From positions 1 to 36,228 of IMG/VR virus record IMGVR_UViG_3300022670_000109: 36,228 nucleotides of DNA; one strand, given 5' to 3'. The DNA is from a virus. Taxonomy: Duplodnaviria > Caudoviricetes. Below, one piece after another: positions 7,740-15,673 of the stretch. The position numbers and the translations under genes were made by a program. The number at the start of each line of letters is the position of its first letter. The stretch's first letter is position 1. The notes under the pieces were generated by a model. It worked only from the letters and a program-made list of their open reading frames with translations, did not search any database and was not told the DNA's origin.

Positions 7740-8266
7740 TTCCCTTTACCCTTCTTCTTTTGATTAGTAAAATATTTACCGTTCATAATGTAGCTAACAG
7801 CGCGTGTTGATGTATCAAAGTATATAGCCGCTTCTGCTTGTGTGTGCTTCTCTTGCACATACTTCTTGATTAGCTCGGCACGTTCAGGCGTTATATCCAA
7901 TTTGCGGCCTATACGCTCGCCCATGCTACCATTTGCAGACCTTATATCCTTATGACCTTGAAGCACCCCTGCACCCTCTTTACAATCAACATTCAATTCT
8001 TTGTGTAATAGACGGATAAACGCGCCTTGTTCTTTTAGCTTATCAATAGTTTCATCATAAGCCGCTACAGTACCCAACACGGCACCATTCCAAACAACCA
8101 ATGTTAAACCCTCACGACAAGACCCAATAGCCTCTTGAAGCCCTTCATGTTGATAATATATTCTCTCTTCTTCAACACCCTGATCCATCAAAAGTTTCTT
8201 TTGATCGGCGGCGGTCATTTTCAAATTAGACCTATCTTGCACATATCCGATTAAAGTATTTTCCAT
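7736..8266 (-). CDS. Degenerate small serine resolvase/invertase-fold protein with C-terminal HTH
   Basis: LIGY...Q...L...GVEEERIY...GL.EAI..CREG.TLVVW...LG...L.E.G..I follows the resolvase pattern; GR + HTH (TQAEAAIYFDTSTRAVSYI). The canonical YxRxS and DRLGR motifs are altered (YVQDRS, AVLGT). Confidence 0.7.
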   Translation of the reverse strand: MENTLIGYVQDRSNLKMTAADQKKLLMDQGVEEERIYYQHEGLQEAIGSCREGLTLVVWNGAVLGTVAAYDETIDKLKEQGAFIRLLHKELNVDCKEGAGVLQGHKDIRSANGSMGERIGRKLDITPERAELIKKYVQEKHTQAEAAIYFDTSTRAVSYIMNGKYFTNQKKKGKGK

Positions 8267-8308
8267 TTATTTCACCTTGTTTCATAATTAGCTATTGTAA
8301 TTGAAATC

Positions 8309-8337
8309 AGTTTATGTAATATTACAAATTAAGTCAA
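8309..8337 (-). promoter_or_regulatory. Sigma70 promoter for the resolvase-like gene and left array, with a palindromic operator
   Basis: TTGACT-N17-TAAACT on the - strand; perfect palindrome TGTAATATTACA at 8315-8326 in the spacer. Confidence 0.65.
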
Positions 8338-8380
8338 CAACAATTTGAAATTACTTTACGCCCAAACAGAAAGACGCACT

Positions 8381-8938
8381 ATGACAACGAATAAAGAATT
8401 GTTAAAAATCATTAAGCCTTTGGCGTCTGCTAGGTATCAGGTTGATATTTTTTGGTACGATTTAGAGAGGTCGCTTTCTTATTATGAAAAAGAGTACGGT
8501 GGGCTTGATGTTAACCCTGATTTTCAAAGGGGGCATGTGTGGACATTAAGACAACAAGAACACTTTGTTGAGAACGTGCTTAGAGGTATTGTATCTAGCT
8601 CTGGGCTTGTCATACAGTGGAATTGTCCTAATTGGGATGAATACTATTATAAAGGCCCGATGCCTTTAGGTTTCCAGTGTATAGATGGGCTTCAAAGGTT
8701 AACCGCTATTAGAGGGTTCGTAGCAGGAAAGGTAAAGCCGTTTGGACTTTCTAAGGATGATTTAACTAGAACAGATTTTGATGTACGGCGTTGCATGTGG
8801 ACTTTTAAATTTGCAATACACAATCTCACAAGCAGAAAAGATTTATTAAATCATTACCTAGATTTAAACACTGGTGGAACACAACACACCACAGAAGAAA
8901 TCGACAAGGTAAAACAACTATTAGAAAACGTAACTTAA
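8381..8938 (+). CDS. DUF262 (GmrS/ParB-like) domain protein
   Basis: NPDFQRGHVW and IDGLQRLTAI motifs; the stop TAA lies within the junction site. Confidence 0.8.
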   Translation: MTTNKELLKIIKPLASARYQVDIFWYDLERSLSYYEKEYGGLDVNPDFQRGHVWTLRQQEHFVENVLRGIVSSSGLVIQWNCPNWDEYYYKGPMPLGFQCIDGLQRLTAIRGFVAGKVKPFGLSKDDLTRTDFDVRRCMWTFKFAIHNLTSRKDLLNHYLDLNTGGTQHTTEEIDKVKQLLENVT

Positions 8939-8976
8939 CGCCCGTTTTTATTGGGCCTTATATAAAGGGAAAGAAA

Positions 8977-9378
8977 ATGAAATGCCAAAAGTGCAAATGT
9001 GAACAACTTGTTACTATGCATGGTGATAGCGTAAATATATGTTTAACTGTTCATCACGACTTGAAAACAGCCTTAGATCATTATGACATGTTTAGGTCAA
9101 GATATGGCTATGAGGGGGCCGAACGCAACGCTTCTGACCCATCTTTCGCGTCTAAATATCTTATACGCTTAGTTAAAGGATTGGCAAGTATGAGTATGCA
9201 TTCAATAGCAATGACCGTTCACAGCTCTGACAATTTATTGAGTTATCAATATATAAAAGACAGCGGTTATTTCACTTCATTAATGGGATTGTTTTATTTC
9301 AATGGTAGTGAACAAGCGGTAAAATCTGTTTTGCAGAAAGCGTGGAAACGTGGCGGCAAAAGAAACAAACAAATTTAA
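8977..9378 (+). CDS. Hypothetical cassette protein
   Basis: N-terminal CxxC; lies between two sites. Confidence 0.65.
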   Translation: MKCQKCKCEQLVTMHGDSVNICLTVHHDLKTALDHYDMFRSRYGYEGAERNASDPSFASKYLIRLVKGLASMSMHSIAMTVHSSDNLLSYQYIKDSGYFTSLMGLFYFNGSEQAVKSVLQKAWKRGGKRNKQI

Positions 9379-9410
9379 CAACTTAACGCCCATATGAAAG
9401 GCAGAGAAAA

Positions 9411-9737
9411 ATGAGAACGGAAATTGGAAAGATTAAAAACGTGAATTTTGGTCACGGAGGTTATCAAGACGTTATGATAGGCATTACCTTTGATTTAGGT
9501 AGTGACGGGTGGGGTGTTACTGATTTTTGGGGTGAATGGTCTACGGAAGTAACTGAATATACTAAGTGGACAGATGAAAGCAGAATTACAAAGCTTGGTG
9601 AAACTGTTATGAGAATTTCACAATTATTAAAAGATGCAAAAGTTGACAAGGTGAATGATTTAAATGGCATCCCTATTGAAGTTTCATTCGATGGTAACAT
9701 ACTTAAATCATGGCGCATTTTAACAGAAGTAATTTAA
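9411..9737 (+). CDS. Hypothetical cassette protein
   Basis: GKI..V.FG.GGYQD pattern; lies between two sites. Confidence 0.75.
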   Translation: MRTEIGKIKNVNFGHGGYQDVMIGITFDLGSDGWGVTDFWGEWSTEVTEYTKWTDESRITKLGETVMRISQLLKDAKVDKVNDLNGIPIEVSFDGNILKSWRILTEVI

Positions 9738-9770
9738 CAAACTTAACGCCCATCGGGCAGGGAGAATAAA

Positions 9771-9956
9771 ATGGAATATATTGAAGGAAAGACCACAAAC
9801 GGTGATCGTTTTTCACTACGCAAAGACGCGATAGAATGTTATGAGCAAATCGATGATGGTCGGAATATAGGTGTCAGAATTGTTATGAAATCAGGCGCGG
9901 TTTTCAGAACTGTTTTATATGATTTTGACGGCTTGAAACGAGCATTAGAAACTTAA
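9771..9956 (+). CDS. Hypothetical cassette protein
   Basis: GGGAG RBS; lies between two sites. Confidence 0.7.
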   Translation: MEYIEGKTTNGDRFSLRKDAIECYEQIDDGRNIGVRIVMKSGAVFRTVLYDFDGLKRALET

Positions 9957-10092
9957 CACTATACGCCCGTGGTTGAAAGTTTATAAATATTGGGTTGCGG
10001 ATATTTCATAGCTCGAGATAGACTTTTGTAAAAGCCATCCCGCTAACCACGGGTAAATCAATACTTTCCGCCCGTCTTATGGGCTAAACAAC

Positions 10093-10125
10093 AAAAAGGC
10101 CAGAGGGTTTAAATCTCTGGCCTTT
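10093..10125. terminator. Intrinsic terminator between convergent units
   Basis: AAAGGCCAGAG-loop-CTCTGGCCTTT; the U-tract is stronger on the - strand. Confidence 0.75.
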
Positions 10126-10200
10126 AGTATGAAGAGCGGGGAGGGAGAAAACAATGAAGGGATACTATTTAACCCGCTCAATCCACGCCATTATATTGCG

Positions 10201-10599
10201 CTAATGAATCTGGAAAGTCAACCTTCCTGCAAGCCAACTCTCGTAATAGTCCTGTGCCATCCGCTTTACAACTTCCGTAATCTCATACTTTCCGTCTTTA
10301 ATTACTTGCTGAATAGCGCGCTCTTTTAGTTCATACGGGAACACCTCGAAGTATTTAATCAAGAACTGCGCTTGCCCACGATCCATTTCCATATGCAAGT
10401 CCTGGCGCAATGGAATAATGTACTGATCATCTTTCATGCCTAAACCGTAGCGCCCTATCGTTATATGACAGCCGGTAATCGAATGAGAACCAAACTCTGT
10501 GAACTCTTGGCCTGTTATCCAGCATACGTGTGTGTGCATCTTCTGGAAGCTTGCTCTCCACTTTTTATCTTTTACAGTGTCACTCTTCATGTAATGCAC
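10201..10599 (-). CDS. DUF968-like / degenerate HNH-type protein
   Basis: CWITG...H...GLGMK.DD...IPL...LH pattern. Confidence 0.5.
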   Translation of the reverse strand: MHYMKSDTVKDKKWRASFQKMHTHVCWITGQEFTEFGSHSITGCHITIGRYGLGMKDDQYIIPLRQDLHMEMDRGQAQFLIKYFEVFPYELKERAIQQVIKDGKYEITEVVKRMAQDYYESWLAGRLTFQIH

Positions 10600-10876
10600 A
10601 CCTTTTAAATACTATCTCATTATTTCCCCATTCATTTTCGCGGCGTTCGCCCGTATCCTCTATTAATCCCTGCTGAAGTAATTCAGTGGTTCTCGGTCTA
10701 GAGCTAAGTATAGACATTCCGACCCTTTCGGCTATTTCGCTTGCTGTACTAGGCGTTGTGAACCCGTCATATACAGCCTGTCTCATTTTAGGCAACTTAG
10801 GGATTAGTTTAATAGCCGCTTCTCTTGATGTGTCTGTTTTCCCAAATGCGGGCTTGTAGTCAAATAAATCAGTCAT
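10580..10876 (-). CDS. Winged-helix DNA-binding protein
   Basis: DTSREAA...TASEIAERVG..ILSSRPRTTEL...GLIEDTGERR; AGGAG RBS. Confidence 0.7.
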   Translation of the reverse strand: MTDLFDYKPAFGKTDTSREAAIKLIPKLPKMRQAVYDGFTTPSTASEIAERVGMSILSSRPRTTELLQQGLIEDTGERRENEWGNNEIVFKRCALHEE

Positions 10877-10886
10877 GGTTTCTCTC

Positions 10887-11306
10887 CTATCCAAATCCTA
10901 TTAATTCGCGTTCAAAATCATCTTTACCCATTGGCACGAAATATTTTAAGCAGCAATCAAGTATCTGATTATAACACTCCGCAAAGGTTTCTTCGTCCAT
11001 TTTATGAAATGCAAAGCTCTGCCTTTCAAAGTGCTGCTTGTCTTTGCCCCAAAACTCGCCAAGCCCTAAGATATGGCACACTGCAAACTTCATGCGCTCG
11101 TTACCTTGTTTTTTGGTGCTAAATTCAATTCGATCTTGGTTGGCAGCCACAAGGTCAATCATGGCGTTAAACTTTCTGTTGAATTTCACGTTGCGAGTTC
11201 CAACAAGTTTCCATTTTGTGAGGTCGCCGGGCTTTTGCTTTAACAGCGTGTCTGATGCCTCACTGTCAGCGGGTGCTATACCACCTTGGGTGCGTCTAAA
11301 TATCAT
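10887..11306 (-). CDS. DUF1367-family protein
   Basis: RN.KF.RKF.A and S.AF.KMDEE.F...Y pattern; recombination-module context. Confidence 0.65.
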   Translation of the reverse strand: MIFRRTQGGIAPADSEASDTLLKQKPGDLTKWKLVGTRNVKFNRKFNAMIDLVAANQDRIEFSTKKQGNERMKFAVCHILGLGEFWGKDKQHFERQSFAFHKMDEETFAECYNQILDCCLKYFVPMGKDDFERELIGFG

Positions 11307-11913
11307 TTAAAACGCCCACTATTTTATCACGTTCAACCAAAACCTCATCAATCAATCCGCTAAGTGTGGTGCAAAATTCTTCATCATAAGTTTGGCGAAT
11401 AACAAGCGTGGGTAATTCTGGATGAAAAAATACAAGGTCGCACCATTTGCGCTCTGCAATCATCATTTGACCCTGAGTTTGTGCAATATAAACTGGCTGT
11501 GCTTTTCCATGTTTTTTATAGTACATGATGGCCTTAATATGATTTTCGCCTTTTAAGCATTTATACTCAGTCATACCGTCCTTATTAACAAGCCCGTCCG
11601 GTGAGCAGCCACGAGTTTTATCATCGGAGGTTATAAAGCCCACTTCGTTAACGGTTACATCATTTGTGAACTCGTAAAATTCTTTTGCGTCTTGTTCCAA
11701 TTCCTTACCGCGCTCAGTCCATTGATTACCCTCCCATGCTTCAAGCTCTTTACCTGAGAACTTTTCACCCGCTAATGTCGTTGCATATTCTGGTAGTGAC
11801 TTTGACGGTTTCCCTTGTGATGTTATCAGTTTGGAAAATGCGGAACCTGTTGGAATACCAAGGCGTAAAGCATACCACGCATCTGAACGCTGTTCTATAT
11901 CATGTATAATCAT
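11296..11913 (-). CDS. YqaJ/lambda-exonuclease-family recombination nuclease
   Basis: EQRSDAW..LRLG..T.S, G.ELE..A, GCSPDGLV, E.KC, Q.QGQM. Confidence 0.92.
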   Translation of the reverse strand: MIIHDIEQRSDAWYALRLGIPTGSAFSKLITSQGKPSKSLPEYATTLAGEKFSGKELEAWEGNQWTERGKELEQDAKEFYEFTNDVTVNEVGFITSDDKTRGCSPDGLVNKDGMTEYKCLKGENHIKAIMYYKKHGKAQPVYIAQTQGQMMIAERKWCDLVFFHPELPTLVIRQTYDEEFCTTLSGLIDEVLVERDKIVGVLNDI

Positions 11914-12626
11914 TTCTTCACCTTTGCTTTTAGGGCAATTTTAGCCTTATTAAATTTCAATAGCGGGATTTCATCAACACTAGCAACATTCATAAATTTC
12001 ATAAATTTAGCTGTGTCCGTGTCTGTTGCTTTGATTAAATCAATAATTTCTTTCTTTTGGTCTTCGTCAATTTTTTGATTAGTACCGTAACCATCATCAT
12101 CCATTTCACGCGCTGTAATACCAAGCACAGCAAAAAGAGTATATCTCTGCAAATAAGATACTGTTGAACCCATAGCTTGAATGGTATTTCTACCAGCACC
12201 TAAATCAAGTGCGGCGCTTAAAGAGGATTGTTCAGAATGACCGTCTATATGTGTAACGATACAAATAACAGTAACTTCTTTCTTTTCTTCTTTCCCATCC
12301 GTTTCGGTGCGCCAAGAATGTGTTAACCCGCAATTTTCCATAGTTGATTTAATTGTATCAAGGGTATTTGATAGGGTTGCATATTTTGAGGTATGTGCTT
12401 TTGCGTCCTTGTTAATATCAGGACAATCTTTTCTAAATTTAGCAAGGGCAAGAACAAAACTCTTTTTGGCTTGTTTTTCCTCCCACCTGTCATGTAAATC
12501 CATTAAAGAATTTAACTGCTCTGGTGTTGAGCCATTCTGAACAGCCATTTGGATCATGTCCATAGGTGTTGGCGGCGCAACTAAAGCCCCATCATTTACC
12601 GTTGCGATTTCTTTCTTCTCAGTCAT
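11910..12626 (-). CDS. erf: ERF-family single-strand annealing protein
   Basis: KYATL, H..GHSE.S, QAMGSTVSYLQRYTL.A.LGI....DDDG. Confidence 0.9.
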   Translation of the reverse strand: MTEKKEIATVNDGALVAPPTPMDMIQMAVQNGSTPEQLNSLMDLHDRWEEKQAKKSFVLALAKFRKDCPDINKDAKAHTSKYATLSNTLDTIKSTMENCGLTHSWRTETDGKEEKKEVTVICIVTHIDGHSEQSSLSAALDLGAGRNTIQAMGSTVSYLQRYTLFAVLGITAREMDDDGYGTNQKIDEDQKKEIIDLIKATDTDTAKFMKFMNVASVDEIPLLKFNKAKIALKAKVKK

Positions 12627-12627
12627 A

Positions 12628-12759
12628 TCAATTCCCTTTGTTAAAATATTTAGCTATATTCTCTAAGCCGTAAATGAATATAAAAACTCCAGCGGCGAAT
12701 AGAAACGCGCCAAAGCCTATGGCTAATAGTTCCGTGATTGGGTCGGTCATGCTATCCAT
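12628..12759 (-). CDS. Small single-TM protein (43 aa)
   Basis: MDSMTDPITELLAIGFGAFLFAAGVFIFIYG...; GGGAG RBS. Confidence 0.6.
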   Translation of the reverse strand: MDSMTDPITELLAIGFGAFLFAAGVFIFIYGLENIAKYFNKGN

Positions 12760-12771
12760 TATTCTTCTCCC

Positions 12772-13116
12772 TTAGTTAAGTTGTTCGCTAAATTCAGGGT
12801 GATATGATATTAGTTCACCGTTGAACATTTCTTGCAATTGTGATCTCATGTCAGTCTGGTTCTCATCTTCGTTTACATCAAGTATAATTTTAAACTCTGC
12901 CATAAATTCAACATTCGCAGCGGTACGCATATTTGAAATACTTGTTAATTCATATTTATCATTCACGCTAAACCCGTCAAAGTCATCAAATGAATCTTTC
13001 AAGTTATCCTCGGCGGCTACGTTAATATCTTCGATGCAATATTCACCTTCTTCTTGCGGTGTGAATAAAAATGTGAAGTTTGATTTAACTTTAATTATGT
13101 ATCTGTTCGTGTTCAT
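12772..13116 (-). CDS. Acidic hypothetical protein, first gene of the leftward early operon
   Basis: ORF with GGAG RBS directly after the promoter. Confidence 0.65.
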   Translation of the reverse strand: MNTNRYIIKVKSNFTFLFTPQEEGEYCIEDINVAAEDNLKDSFDDFDGFSVNDKYELTSISNMRTAANVEFMAEFKIILDVNEDENQTDMRSQLQEMFNGELISYHPEFSEQLN

Positions 13117-13147
13117 TTTGTCTCTCTCCGTTTGTTTTCTCTCCTCT

Positions 13148-13228
13148 ATAATAGGGATATAAATATAAGTGTCAACTATTATATTAATATTATTTAACTA
13201 TTGACTTATATTTCATTTAGTTTATAAA
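13148..13228. promoter_or_regulatory. Divergent early promoters with symmetric operators
   Basis: - strand TTGACA-N16-TATTAT (13175-13148); + strand TTGACT-N16-TATAAA (13201-13228); CTTATATTT at both -35 boxes in inverted orientation. Confidence 0.65.
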
Positions 13229-13261
13229 AGTAGCTGAGTTTAATTAACACTAGGATATGAA

Positions 13262-13396
13262 ATGACTAAACAACAAGATTTAATATGGTTACGACCTGAA
13301 TACAAATTAAAGCTTAAGAGGATTGCAAAGCGCGAGGGCGTATCTAAAGGAACAATCGTTGAACGCGGTCTAGATAAAATTAAGGAACCGAAATGA
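13262..13396 (+). CDS. Ribbon-helix-helix (Arc/CopG-like) regulator, 44 aa
   Basis: MTKQQDLIWLRPEYKLKLKRIAKREGVSKGTIVERGLDKIKEPK*; AGGA RBS; ATGA overlap. Confidence 0.7.
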   Translation: MTKQQDLIWLRPEYKLKLKRIAKREGVSKGTIVERGLDKIKEPK

Positions 13397-13851
13397 TTAC
13401 CTTTGAAATAAACGCGAAACCATTTGGTAAAGAACGCCCGAGATTTGGGAGAGGAACGGTTTATACTGCACCTAAAACGTCAGCACATGAGATAATGATT
13501 GGCAACTTAGCGAAAACAGCAATGCGCGGTAAGAAGATTATTACGGGGCCAGTATGGGCAACAATTCGAGTTGTTGAGAAAGTTCCCGCAAGTTGGCCTC
13601 AATGGAAAAAAGAAGCCGCTCTACAGGGTTTAATAGCACACACAGCAAAGCCCGACCTTGATAATATGGTTAAGCTGATTTTGGATAGCATTAATAATAT
13701 TATTTACGTTGATGACAGCCAAGTTATGCGCCTTGAGCTTGACAAGCAGTTTTCTAATGTGAATTGCACAACGGTTTTCATCTCACACGGCGAAGGCGTA
13801 CCAAGCAACGTTAAGACATTAAAGGAATACAAACAATTGATAGGAGAATAA
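13393..13851 (+). CDS. rusA: RusA-family Holliday junction resolvase
   Basis: P.GKERPRF, KPDLDN..K.ILD.IN...YVDDSQV. Confidence 0.9.
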   Translation: MITFEINAKPFGKERPRFGRGTVYTAPKTSAHEIMIGNLAKTAMRGKKIITGPVWATIRVVEKVPASWPQWKKEAALQGLIAHTAKPDLDNMVKLILDSINNIIYVDDSQVMRLELDKQFSNVNCTTVFISHGEGVPSNVKTLKEYKQLIGE

Positions 13852-13853
13852 AG

Positions 13854-14108
13854 ATGGCATGGAGTATAGCAGACAACAAGACATTATTGGAAATGGTAAA
13901 GCGCGATGCTTCGCGTTCGGAAATGAAAGCAGTATTGGGAAAATCTCCTAGTATGATTGCGCGAAGAATAAAGAAAATCAAAGCGGCTATTTTACCGTTA
14001 AGTCATAATACTTTTATGAGAAAATGGATGGCACACTGTAAGGATAGCGACATTAAATTTGTCGAGTTTGGTAAGTGGAGAAGTAAGGGGAATTTAACAT
14101 GCATATAG
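13854..14108 (+). CDS. HTH protein (GcrA-like N-terminus)
   Basis: M.WS......L......S.SE....LG.S...I. Confidence 0.45.
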   Translation: MAWSIADNKTLLEMVKRDASRSEMKAVLGKSPSMIARRIKKIKAAILPLSHNTFMRKWMAHCKDSDIKFVEFGKWRSKGNLTCI

Positions 14109-14305
14109 ATACAACAATACCGGTTCCAGAAATACACCCACGATGTGAGATTGGCGTTACTGTTTCTAAGATGAAGGTTGGCGGTTCAATATTTGTTAAA
14201 AGCCATAACAAGCGTCAACAGGCAGCTAATGCGCTAAGAAAGCATGGATGGGGAGTTATAACACGGAAGTATCCAGATGGTTATAGAGTTTGGCGGGTGG
14301 CATGA
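14099..14305 (+). CDS. Small putative DNA-binding protein
   Basis: ID..IPVP...M.VG.S.FV...R...GYRVWR pattern common in phages. Confidence 0.6.
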   Translation: MHIDTTIPVPEIHPRCEIGVTVSKMKVGGSIFVKSHNKRQQAANALRKHGWGVITRKYPDGYRVWRVA

Positions 14306-14883
14306 CTTTTGATGAAGCGATAGCAATAAGGCCAGTTCAAGGGTATAGGGTTATCTATGCAGACCCTCCGTGGAATTTTGAAAACTGGTCTGAGAAGGGT
14401 GAGCAAAAGAACGCATCACAGCATTATGAGTGTATGGATATTGAAGATATTCACAATATGAAAGTTGAGGCTATTGCCAGCACAAATTGTATATTGTTCT
14501 TATGGGTTACTGACCCGCTATTACAACAAGGAATCGAAACTATAAAGCGTTGGGGATTCGAATATAAAACGGTAGGATTCACATGGCATAAAACAAGACC
14601 TAGCAAGAAAGAATTTCTAGGACAGGGATATTATACAAGAGGTAATCCTGAAATGTGTCTTATTGGCAAGCGGGGAAGCATGGGAGAGCCTAATGATAGA
14701 GGTGTACGGCAATATCAAGCTCATGACATTAGAGAACATAGCCGCAAGCCTGATGAGATTAGGAACTTGATAGCAAAAATGTATGATGGACCAAGGATTG
14801 AGTTATTCGCTCGCGAGAAATTCGACGGGTGGGAATCATGGGGTAATCAGACGGAGAAATTCAATGATCAACCGCATAAATGA
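14302..14883 (+). CDS. MT-A70-family adenine methyltransferase
   Basis: YADPPW, LFLWVT, WGFEYKT, HSRKPD, IELFAR, GWESWGNQ. Confidence 0.92.
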   Translation: MTFDEAIAIRPVQGYRVIYADPPWNFENWSEKGEQKNASQHYECMDIEDIHNMKVEAIASTNCILFLWVTDPLLQQGIETIKRWGFEYKTVGFTWHKTRPSKKEFLGQGYYTRGNPEMCLIGKRGSMGEPNDRGVRQYQAHDIREHSRKPDEIRNLIAKMYDGPRIELFAREKFDGWESWGNQTEKFNDQPHK

Positions 14884-14930
14884 ACTAACACCAGCAATGA
14901 AACGAGAGATAATACGAAGGAGAGCCAACG

Positions 14931-15191
14931 ATGGGTGATAATGTTAAAAGTTTCGGGCGTGAAACCGGACAGGGTAATTTAATGACCCCCTTAGAAACAC
15001 TTGAAGACGTTAAGGATTCTATAGGAAAACAGGGTGCTTTAGAGCATGGTAAGAAAATGATGGTTATTTGTCTCGATGATACAGATAGTAATTTTTCGAT
15101 AAGTTGGTTTCAATGTGGGTTAACTATGAGCCAATGTATATCGTTGTGCGAAGTCGCGAAGTCTAAATTTTTGAAAGAAATGAATTATTAA
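14931..15191 (+). CDS. Hypothetical protein
   Basis: AAGGAG RBS, clean ORF. Confidence 0.7.
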   Translation: MGDNVKSFGRETGQGNLMTPLETLEDVKDSIGKQGALEHGKKMMVICLDDTDSNFSISWFQCGLTMSQCISLCEVAKSKFLKEMNY

Positions 15192-15231
15192 CCCCCTCTA
15201 TACACCCATAGACAAAGGAGAAGAGAAGATT

Positions 15232-15441
15232 ATGAGAGATATTGCTACACCTAAATTTGGAAGTCCAATTGCACCATTTCATCAATGGTTTGCTTGGCAC
15301 CCAATAAAAACATGGGATCATAGGTTTGTCTGGTTAAGATTTATTTACAGGCGGAGAATACAATTACATGACTATCTAGATGGTGGGCCAGACAGTTGGT
15401 GGCAGTATAGCTTATATAATACCCATAGAAACAAACTATAA
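15232..15441 (+). CDS. Trp-rich hypothetical protein
   Basis: WFAWHPIKT.D..FVWL motif; flanked by ACCCATAGA direct repeats. Confidence 0.7.
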   Translation: MRDIATPKFGSPIAPFHQWFAWHPIKTWDHRFVWLRFIYRRRIQLHDYLDGGPDSWWQYSLYNTHRNKL

Positions 15442-15673
15442 AAAACTGTTTATTGATAGAAATTTTCTATTTGATTAAATCCGTAAAGGGTGTAAAATAG
15501 AAAACGCCGACCAGAGTTTAGAATTTGGAAAGACTCTCTGATCGACGTGATTATAAAAGTAAGATCATTATACACCCTTACTTTAGCAATTCAAGCCAAA
15601 AGTTTTTTCCAACGGTTGATTACCAAAAAATCAAAATATATTTAGTTCTTCGTTTTTTATGGAATTGACCATT

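Larger units (their letters stand above)
8353..10084 (+). repeat. Dispersed junction motif ACTWWACGCCC, 6 copies (right cassette array)
   Basis: At 8353, 8933, 9381, 9741, 9958 and 10063 (last copy ACTTTCCGCCC); most open a GCCC...GGGC-type hairpin. Confidence 0.88.

Noticed and set aside
9966-10053. tRNA gene
   Set aside because: No TTCGA T-loop or clear cloverleaf visible.
3983-10073. CRISPR array
   Set aside because: Repeats are only 10-11 bp, spacing is 51-580 bp, the intervals are mostly ORFs, and there are no cas genes.
10129-10329. + strand 66-aa ORF
   Set aside because: Lies past a terminator and antisense to a better-supported gene.
12771-12782. ACTTAACTAA near-match to the cassette site at a gene junction
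   Set aside because: Lacks the invariant ACG core; single copy.
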